A stretch of DNA of 64,000 nucleotides. Source: Endomicrobiales bacterium. Its GTDB lineage: Bacteria > Elusimicrobiota > Endomicrobiia > Endomicrobiales > JALOBY01. Shown piece by piece: positions 41,601 through 47,743 of this stretch (positions within the stretch are counted from its first letter, which is position 1; each line of letters begins with the position of its first letter). The DNA is taken from assembly GCA_963796955.1 (NCBI GenBank), contig CAWCNJ010000008.1, positions 256,001-320,000 on the forward strand. The letters run 5' to 3'. Under the pieces are notes generated by a model. That model was given only the letters and a program-made list of their open reading frames with translations, had not been told where the DNA came from and searched no databases. The position numbers and the translations under genes are program-made.

Positions 41601-41753
41601 AAGCTGGGCCGCGATTATTCCCGTTGTATTGAGTACCTGCGGGGCGATAAAGCAGGCGTACGATTCAAGAAAGATGCCCTGGGGGCGCCGTTGTTCCAAT
41701 TTATGAAAGAATTCTTGTTAAAAATATCCAAGTATGCTATAATTTCGCAATAA
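38685..41753 (+). CDS. mfd: transcription-repair coupling factor
   Basis: FS.RGEILD, VVHEKYGIGRY, GDVGFGKTEVA, DEEHRFGV, SATPIPRT, QLRGRIGR, RGAGNILG.EQ.G. Confidence 0.97.
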   Translation: MNGIKNYSNIVGGGKALFALQLLKEHPLVLVSVAEEYLPVLQNNLTALIAVYPFTDAIPLHFLPPAQQKGHAGALAEIAISKRGLVLTDTRTIGENTISAQLLNEKSLTLNTGTAYKYEELLARLTELGFERAEFVEDAGQFSRRGEILDVWAPGKEMPWRVVFGFNTVESIREFDAATQLSGNFHKQLSLYPLHIAAESGLEAYVPAGSAIYIDSAVNESIAERFSKFPIYANNPLTGDAIDAGFRPCTRWEGKFALFAQDLARAHREGMQGVICCANEGERERLEDLLATAGVEEGAAKLSVAPLDESFYAPALKRAYFSAQEILYKRKPVSFPKFKSGRRLETLWEISAGDFVVHEKYGIGRYQGLKRIARGDQEKEYLMIEYKHGDRIYVPPEDFRVVQKYVGTEGHRPRLYSIDTSAWEKAKTRAKAGAEKMANELLKLYAGRQTVSAPSFSTTAWERELADSFRYDETEDQVRAIEEVNRDLESPKPMERLICGDVGFGKTEVAIRAAFKVATNSAQVAILVPTTVLAEQHYNTFSDRMASFPVKVAFLSRFQGKDEQAAIIAGIKDGSVDIVIGTHRLLSKDISFKNLGLLIIDEEHRFGVKQKEKIKALKQNVHILLLSATPIPRTLSFAMANLRDLSLIETPPYGRLPIETHMSVYDEKVVKNVIEAELSRGGQVYYVHNRVQTIIESAAGIKKMVPHARVGVVHGQLSATQIEEAMYRFMHNDLDVLVASTIIESGLDIPSANTMIIEEAEDFGLAQLYQLRGRIGREKQKAYCYLFFSKGALSENASKRLQALYEFSELGSGFRLALRDTEIRGAGNILGAEQHGFVKEVGFELFSRLLAEASPKIRAAGSAKGTPEDEFTPELSFQAPALLPADYIEGDDIRISFYRRLATVRTPEDLAKIRYELTDRFGTLPQPAENLLTISDIRIIARNNRIAAITESDEALTVYLSNFITLDPENIVKLGRDYSRCIEYLRGDKAGVRFKKDALGAPLFQFMKEFLLKISKYAIISQ
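41715..41743 (+). promoter_or_regulatory. putative sigma70 promoter for the PPIase genes
   Basis: TTGTTA (41715-41720), 17 nt, TATAAT (41738-41743) with an extended TG. Confidence 0.55.
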
Positions 41754-41779
41754 TTCGCAGTATGGAGGAACAAAAGAAC

Positions 41780-42730
41780 ATGAAGAGATTTCTAGCGCTT
41801 GTTTGTTTGTCGGCAGTTGCAGTCATGGGTTGTTCCAAAGGCAAGACCATTGCGACGATAGGCTCACAGTCAATCACCGCTGAAACAGTGCAGAAACGCA
41901 TCAATGAAACACCGCCCGTCTACCGCAATTTCCTTTCCACGCCGGCCGGGAAAAAACAGTTCATCGATCTGCTGGTGCGCGAACGCGCGGTCATAGAAGC
42001 AGCGAAGAAATCGGGCTTTGAGAACCGCAAGGAATACAAAGACTCCATTACTCAATTCCAACAGGATCAGCAGCGTAAATTGAAGGAATATAAAGAAAGC
42101 CTTTTGATGGAAACCTACCTGCAGGATCTGCGTAACAGCGATCTTAAGGTCACAGGCGCGGAAATAGATAAATTTTATAACGAGCACGCGGCGGATTACC
42201 AGCACCCGGAAGAAGTCGTCGCCCGGCATATCCTGGTACCCACTAAAGAAGAGGCTGAAAAAGCCCTTGCCCGTGTGACAGCCGGAGAAGATTTCGGCAA
42301 GGTAGCGGCTGAGATGTCCACGGACTCTGTTTCAGCGAAACGCGGCGGAGAGATCGGGCCGTTCCGTAAAGGCGATCTTTTGCCTGAATTCGAAGCAGCG
42401 GTCTTTCCTCTTAAGATCGGTCAGATCTCCGGTGTAGTAAAAACACAGTTCGGTTATCATGTTATAAAGAAAGTCTCTGAGAAAGTATTGCCCGCCGTAA
42501 GCGCTGAACAGGCGAAAGACGGCATCGGCCGCCTGCTTGAAAAAGAGAAATTCGACAAATGGCTGGAAGCGACAAAAAGCAAATACGGCGTTCGCGTTGA
42601 CTATGACGCTATGAACGCGGTTCCGGTCGCACAGGAATCGGCAATGCCGGCGACACCGGACAACATGCCGCAACAGGCGCAGCCTCAGCAACAGCAGACA
42701 CCGCCCGCTAAGACGAAGAAAGCAAAGTAA
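41780..42730 (+). CDS. parvulin-type peptidyl-prolyl isomerase lipoprotein (PrsA-like)
   Basis: GGAGG RBS; lipobox VMGC; ARHILV, GEDF..VA, GG.IG.F, TQFGYHVIK. Confidence 0.9.
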   Translation: MKRFLALVCLSAVAVMGCSKGKTIATIGSQSITAETVQKRINETPPVYRNFLSTPAGKKQFIDLLVRERAVIEAAKKSGFENRKEYKDSITQFQQDQQRKLKEYKESLLMETYLQDLRNSDLKVTGAEIDKFYNEHAADYQHPEEVVARHILVPTKEEAEKALARVTAGEDFGKVAAEMSTDSVSAKRGGEIGPFRKGDLLPEFEAAVFPLKIGQISGVVKTQFGYHVIKKVSEKVLPAVSAEQAKDGIGRLLEKEKFDKWLEATKSKYGVRVDYDAMNAVPVAQESAMPATPDNMPQQAQPQQQQTPPAKTKKAK

Positions 42731-42748
42731 CAATCACAGGAGAAAACA

Positions 42749-43819
42749 ATGTTCCGTTTGTCACGCTATACCTCAATAATGGCAGTATTAATGCTGCTCT
42801 CAGGCATTTCTTTCGCCGCCGACAAGATGGTTGATAAAACTCTCGCGGTCGTTAACGGCGACGCCATAATGCAATCTGAATTCGATAAAACAGCGGCTCC
42901 GATCATGGAGCAATACACTCAGTCTGTGCCGCCCGCTTCTCAATCAGCCGATAAACTGGCTGAAATTAAGAAGAAACTTCTGGACCAGATGATCGATGAG
43001 CGCCTGTTAAAACAGGAAGCAAAAAAAGCCAAGATCAAGGTGACGAAACGCGATATAGAAGACGGCATGAAGACCGTCAAGAAACGGTTTGACAGCGAAG
43101 AAGATTTTCAGAAAGAACTGCGCCGTGAAGACATAAGCCAGCCGGCCTTTGAAAAACGCATAGAAGACCAGCTGATGGTGATGAAACTTATTGAATCCGA
43201 AGTAAAAGCAAAGACGAGCCGCCCCTCAGACCAGGATGTTAAAGCCCTGTTTGACAAGATCAACGAGCGCGTGGCGAAAGGCGTTGTAGCGTCGACCGCT
43301 CCCGCCGCGAACAAGGACGATGAAGAACTGAACGCGATGACCCGTCTTTTCACCCGCGTAGGCAATGAGCAGGTGCACGCCCGCCATATTCTGGTACAGG
43401 TAGACAAAAATGCACCCATGGCCGATAAAAGCGCTGCACTGAAAAAGATCAAAGACATCAAGTCCCAGCTGAACAAGGGAGCCGATTTTGCCGAGCTTGC
43501 CTCTAAATACTCTGACGATCCCGGCTCTAAACAGAAGGGCGGAGACCTGGGATACTTCACCAAAGGCGACATGGTCCCCGAATTTGAAAAAGCCGCCTTC
43601 GCCCTTAACGTCGGACAGGTTTCAGAACCCGTCCAGACGGATTTCGGCTGGCACATAATCAAAGTAGAAGAAAAACGCGCCGGCAAGAAAGTCTCTTTCG
43701 ACGACGCCAAGAACGACCTGACAGAGTTCCTGTTCCAGAAAGCCGCGGAAAAGAGATACGAATCCTGGCTCGCCGACATACACACAAAAGCCAGCATAAA
43801 AATAAACACAGCAGAATAA
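42749..43819 (+). CDS. SurA-like chaperone/parvulin PPIase
   Basis: Signal peptide; VDK..AVVNGD.I SurA N-domain; ARHILV, FAELA.KYSDDPGS..KGGDLG, TDFGWHIIKV. Confidence 0.9.
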   Translation: MFRLSRYTSIMAVLMLLSGISFAADKMVDKTLAVVNGDAIMQSEFDKTAAPIMEQYTQSVPPASQSADKLAEIKKKLLDQMIDERLLKQEAKKAKIKVTKRDIEDGMKTVKKRFDSEEDFQKELRREDISQPAFEKRIEDQLMVMKLIESEVKAKTSRPSDQDVKALFDKINERVAKGVVASTAPAANKDDEELNAMTRLFTRVGNEQVHARHILVQVDKNAPMADKSAALKKIKDIKSQLNKGADFAELASKYSDDPGSKQKGGDLGYFTKGDMVPEFEKAAFALNVGQVSEPVQTDFGWHIIKVEEKRAGKKVSFDDAKNDLTEFLFQKAAEKRYESWLADIHTKASIKINTAE

Positions 43820-43826
43820 ACACCCT

Positions 43827-43897
43827 GCGGGCGTAGTCTAGTGGCAAAACCCTTGCTTCCCAAGCAAGAGATGTGGGTTCGATTCCCATCGCCCGCT
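43827..43897 (+). tRNA. tRNA-Gly(CCC)
   Basis: GCGGGCG/CGCCCGC acceptor stem, anticodon arm CTTGC-TT-CCC-AA-GCAAG, GGTTCGATTCC T arm. Confidence 0.95.
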
Positions 43898-43906
43898 CCC
43901 ATGTTT

Positions 43907-44092
43907 GCGATGGGAATCGAAGCTGACCGAAGCGCCGCCGCGTAGGCGGAAAAGGTCGCCTGATAAGGCGACAGTCAGCGAGGCAGCCGGCTTCGAAGGA
44001 GCCCGACAGGGCGGGTGAGAAGGATTCCCGTTTTGCGCCCGGAATATCGATGTAGTAGTAGGTCCCGGCCAGCGAAGCAAAGCCGGGCTGCC
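43907..44092 (+). other. GC-rich multi-hairpin trailer of tRNA-Gly (possible structured RNA or repeat element)
   Basis: 15-nt exact complement of the tRNA 3' half; hairpins CCGCC/GGCGG, GTCGCC/GGCGAC and GCCC/GGGC; long-range GGGAATC/GATTCCC and GCTGAC/GTCAGC. Confidence 0.55.
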
Positions 44093-44141
44093 GTAAAGGA
44101 AGTTCCATAAAAGAAGTTCCGTAAAGGAAGTTCCCGTAAAG
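44091..44141. repeat. 14-bp tandem direct repeat, three copies plus a partial
   Basis: CCGTAAAGGAAGTT / CCATAAAAGAAGTT / CCGTAAAGGAAGTT / (C)CCGTAAAG. Confidence 0.85.
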
Positions 44142-44177
44142 AAAAAGTCTCAAGAATCGCCGCACCCATTAAACAAC

Positions 44178-45296
44178 ATGCGTCTATCAGACATCCTTAA
44201 AAACACCGGTGGCAATCAAAAACCGGCCGTCCCACAGGCGGCGCCCGCGCCCGTCTCACCCTCAGCACAACAACCCGATTTCAGACCAACCCTGTCGCAA
44301 ATGCCCAAAGCAGAAGCCCCCAGTGTTACCTCCCAGGATAACATCCTTGCCGCCTCAAATGTGTATACTAAAGCCATCAGCGAAGCAAAAACCCTTATCA
44401 ACTCAATAAGTAACGACAGCACCACCACCGACCCGATCACCTGCACTGAGCAGATCGTAAAACTTCTTGAAAACTCGAATGATGACCTGGTGATCCTTGC
44501 CGACCGCGCAACGCCCGATGTTTATCTCTACGGCCATAGCGTGAATGTGTGCATCTATTCCACCATGATGGGCAAAGGCATGGGGATGGACCATGACAAA
44601 TTAGTGCGTCTGGCGAATGCCGCCTTTTTCCATGATGTATGCCTTTCAAAACATTTGATGCTTATAATGAAGAACGGAAAGCTTGCCCAGGAAGAGGTAA
44701 ACTCTGTCCATGCCATATCGCCGCAGTGCTCTAAACTTATAGAGACGGCTATTTCAACGTTCACGCCGCTGGTGAAAACAGCGATCCTTCAAGTAATGTA
44801 CTCAATGAACGAGCGCAAATACGGCAGCCGGGAGATACCCGCCGAGCTCAACGAGGAAAACACCGAGTTCGTAAAGCTCATAACCATTACCGATATTTAT
44901 GAAGCGCTGACGCATCCGAGGCCGTACCGCGACCGCTTTCTGCCGCACGACGCGATAAAAACGATGATCAGCACGGCAGAGAACAACTTTGATCCGGTGC
45001 TGTTGAAATCCTTTATCGAAATTATTTCCTTATATCCGCTGGGCAGCTACGTCCGCCTTAACACCGACGAGATAGCCCGCGTGACCGGCGTGAACCGGGG
45101 ACTGCCCACGCGCCCGAAGATCCTTATTATCACCGACCCGTCCGGTGCGCGCCAGCCGCAAGCCAAGTTCGCGGACCTTGCCGCCTCACCAATGCTGTTC
45201 GTCAAAGAGGCCCTCGACGAAACAAAGCTTAAGCTTGCCGATAAAAAACTCATGCTGGAGCTGAAAGCCATCCGCTGGTGGGTAAAATCACTCTAA
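44178..45296 (+). CDS. degenerate HD-GYP domain protein
   Basis: HSVNV, FFHDV, D.YEALT..RPYR and YPLGS.V.LNT tail; lacks HHE and GYP; Pro/Ala/Gln-rich N-terminus. Confidence 0.8.
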   Translation: MRLSDILKNTGGNQKPAVPQAAPAPVSPSAQQPDFRPTLSQMPKAEAPSVTSQDNILAASNVYTKAISEAKTLINSISNDSTTTDPITCTEQIVKLLENSNDDLVILADRATPDVYLYGHSVNVCIYSTMMGKGMGMDHDKLVRLANAAFFHDVCLSKHLMLIMKNGKLAQEEVNSVHAISPQCSKLIETAISTFTPLVKTAILQVMYSMNERKYGSREIPAELNEENTEFVKLITITDIYEALTHPRPYRDRFLPHDAIKTMISTAENNFDPVLLKSFIEIISLYPLGSYVRLNTDEIARVTGVNRGLPTRPKILIITDPSGARQPQAKFADLAASPMLFVKEALDETKLKLADKKLMLELKAIRWWVKSL

Positions 45297-46105
45297 TGCC
45301 GCGCATTGTCCTGAAGATCGGACCGATAGCAGTATCCATCCACACGAACGAACCCGCCTGGCACCCGCTGCTTAAAGAACGTTACAAAAGTTTTTTAATT
45401 AAAAAACCATTAAAGGCCATTGCCAGCATAGAGCTGAAGACAGCTGAAGAGCGTACCGGCAAACGACAGCTCACGGTAAAGAGTACCCTCGACGGTCACG
45501 AAATATCCCGAAACGATTTCCACTCAACCTCTGATATGTACTTCAAAAGAACAAGCCTTTCATGCCTTCCAAATGTTTACTCCTTTGATTCGTGGCTGAG
45601 GGTATTCATAACTGCCGCGTATAGCACCAGGGGTATGGTATTGGTGCACGGGGCCTCTACCGGTTTTCGCCGTAAGGCCTATCTGTTCGCGGGCGTATCG
45701 GGGCGGGGCAAATCGACCATCACACGGAAGCTCGGCATTGATGCCGCTTTGAGCGATGAACTGACCCTTTTGTCGACAAAGGGGAAGAAAGTTTTCGCCC
45801 ACAGCACACCCTTCTGGGGTGAATTAGCCCGGCCGGAAACTGCAGGGCCTGTCTCATTGCCGCTGGGCCGCATATACTATTTAAAACACGGTCCCAAACT
45901 CAGCGACCGGAGTTTAACGCCGGCAGGATCATTTGCATATTTTATGACGACCATACTATTTTTTTCGACCGATGCGGGATCCGTTAACGGCATGCTGGAT
46001 ACGGCAGTCAATATAATAAAACATACCGGGGCCGCCACCCTTGCTTTTTCACTCAAGACCGGGCGCGAACAGATATGCAGATTATTGGAGGAACGTCTCT
46101 CATGA
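45296..46105 (+). CDS. HprK-related P-loop kinase-like protein (RiPP-cluster type)
   Basis: LVHGA, LFAGVSGRGKST (Walker A), SDE, STPFWGE; TAATG coupling to the upstream gene. Confidence 0.75.
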   Translation: MPRIVLKIGPIAVSIHTNEPAWHPLLKERYKSFLIKKPLKAIASIELKTAEERTGKRQLTVKSTLDGHEISRNDFHSTSDMYFKRTSLSCLPNVYSFDSWLRVFITAAYSTRGMVLVHGASTGFRRKAYLFAGVSGRGKSTITRKLGIDAALSDELTLLSTKGKKVFAHSTPFWGELARPETAGPVSLPLGRIYYLKHGPKLSDRSLTPAGSFAYFMTTILFFSTDAGSVNGMLDTAVNIIKHTGAATLAFSLKTGREQICRLLEERLS

Positions 46106-46368
46106 CGAAAGAACACATGTACCGGATAAAACCGGGCCTTGCCTGGCGCGTGATAGGGGAAACGGCCTTCGTCTTCGACCCGGCGAGATCGGAACTCCAT
46201 GAATTAAGCGAGTCAGCCACCGTGATCTGGCAGAGCCTTGATAAAAACGGTTCCGCCAACACAGCCGCGAAACGAATTTCCGACGAGTTCGACGTAACTG
46301 TCGAACGGGCGCTCCGCGATACGGGAACGCTGTTGACGGATCTTCAGGCACTGGGATTGATAGAATAA
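46102..46368 (+). CDS. PqqD-family RiPP recognition element (RRE)
   Basis: 88 aa; WRVIGE..V.D......HEL.ESA..IWQ.LD, ...I.DEFDV..E.A.RD...LL..L...GLIE. Confidence 0.9.
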   Translation: MTKEHMYRIKPGLAWRVIGETAFVFDPARSELHELSESATVIWQSLDKNGSANTAAKRISDEFDVTVERALRDTGTLLTDLQALGLIE

Positions 46369-46369
46369 T

Positions 46370-47404
46370 ATGCCAAATGTCATGGACAAGCTGTTTGCGT
46401 ATACGCAGAGACAACGCATCCCGCTGATGTGCACCTTTGAACTGACCAAAAACTGTAACCTGCATTGCCGCCACTGCTATATCCCGCACAGAGAACGCAC
46501 GCAAAAAACGCTTTCCACCGCTCAGATCATGACTGCGCTCGACCAGCTGGCACGCATGGGAACGCTGTACCTGGTTTTCACCGGGGGCGAGATCTTTCTC
46601 AGGAAAGATCTGCCGGCTCTGTGCAGACATGCCCGGAAGCTGCATTTTGATATCCGCCTTTTTACGAACGGGACCCTGTTGACGCCTGCCATGGCGAAAC
46701 AACTTGCCCGGGTCGGCGTAAGCGCGGTAGAAATTAGCATATACGGAAAACCGGACACACACGATGCTATTACCGGTCACACAGGCTCTTGGAAAAGATC
46801 GATGGATTCGATCAAAACTCTGCAAAAGCACGGCCTTAAAGCGGTCATTAAAATGCCGCTGATGACTGAAAATTATGAAGATAAAAAATACATTGAAGCG
46901 CTTTCAAAAAAACTTAATGTTAAACTTCAACTAGACGCTGTTATAACAACAATGTCGGATGGAAACAAAACACCATTATCAATGCGGCTGTCTGGAAAAA
47001 CCCTTCAAAAAATATTTAGATCCCACGACAACGGAACAGCCCCGGATGCCGGCGAAACAGACCTGATATGTTCAGCAGGAAGGAATATGCTGGCAATAGC
47101 GGCGAATGGTGATCTGTTGCCATGTATTCAACTGCCGTTTAAGCTAGGAAATATAACAAAAAGAACGATCCCTGGTTTATGGAATAATAATAAGCTCCTC
47201 GTTAAAAAATTGTTATCTATCAAGGCCTCCGATATTGCCGAGTGCAAGGAATGCGCGATGGTCTCACAGTGCCAACGGTGTCCGGGAATGGCACTGGTTG
47301 AAGACGGCTCTCTGTCCGGGCCATCGACCGCGGCCTGTTTATTGACCAGGGCAAGATATGGCAGCAAAACACCAACTAATCTAAATATTAGATCACATTC
47401 ATGA
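46370..47404 (+). CDS. radical SAM/SPASM peptide maturase
   Basis: CNLHCRHC, FTGGE, TNGTL, SIYG....HD.ITG..GS; SPASM CSAG...I.ANGDLLPC and CKEC.....CQRCPG...C. Confidence 0.92.
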   Translation: MPNVMDKLFAYTQRQRIPLMCTFELTKNCNLHCRHCYIPHRERTQKTLSTAQIMTALDQLARMGTLYLVFTGGEIFLRKDLPALCRHARKLHFDIRLFTNGTLLTPAMAKQLARVGVSAVEISIYGKPDTHDAITGHTGSWKRSMDSIKTLQKHGLKAVIKMPLMTENYEDKKYIEALSKKLNVKLQLDAVITTMSDGNKTPLSMRLSGKTLQKIFRSHDNGTAPDAGETDLICSAGRNMLAIAANGDLLPCIQLPFKLGNITKRTIPGLWNNNKLLVKKLLSIKASDIAECKECAMVSQCQRCPGMALVEDGSLSGPSTAACLLTRARYGSKTPTNLNIRSHS

Positions 47405-47491
47405 TCCACCGACGATAACGGCGCCGCGACGAGAAGTGTAATCATTACACTTATGTACACACACCACAAGACCTATTCAACAACAAATTCA

Positions 47492-47520
47492 TTGATTATT
47501 CTTGAATATTTGACTATACT
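47492..47520 (+). promoter_or_regulatory. putative sigma70 promoter for the precursor peptide and giant protein
   Basis: TTGATT (47492-47497), 17 nt, TATACT (47515-47520) in an AT-rich spacer. Confidence 0.5.
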
Positions 47521-47570
47521 TATAGCGGAACAAGGCGAAACGTAGCTTTTGTATTTTTGAGGAGTTGTTC

Positions 47571-47720
47571 ATGACACTTAGAAAGAAGCGAAAACCTTAC
47601 CTCCCACCCAAAATTTCATCACAAAAAGTAATTGAGACCGCGGCTCTTGCCTGCGGTAAATGTATAGGCGGAAATCCAATATATCAGGCGGCTTGTAGAA
47701 GTTTTTCTAAGATGTCCTAA
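47571..47720 (+). CDS. putative RiPP precursor peptide, 49 aa (absent from the ORF track)
   Basis: GAGGAG RBS at 47559-47564; MTLRKKRKPYLPPKISSQKVIETAALACGKCIGGNPIYQAACRSFSKMS*; YxxP leader motif, three Cys. Confidence 0.85.
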   Translation: MTLRKKRKPYLPPKISSQKVIETAALACGKCIGGNPIYQAACRSFSKMS

Positions 47721-47743
47721 AAACGCAGTCCGGTACATCCTGC

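Noticed and set aside
44091..44141. Possible CRISPR array or ECF sigma -35 (GGAACTT on the minus strand)
   Set aside because: Repeats are contiguous with no spacers and no cas genes; the GGAACTT copies point away from the operon and no matching -10 was identified.
43108..44169. Minus-strand ORFs across tRNA-Gly and its trailer
   Set aside because: They overlap a clear tRNA and the SurA-like gene; translations are tRNA- or repeat-derived.
46102..47404. PQQ biosynthesis (pqqD/pqqE) or a lasso peptide cluster
   Set aside because: No pqqB/pqqC, the precursor lacks ExxxY, and no lasso cyclase or B2 protease is in the window.
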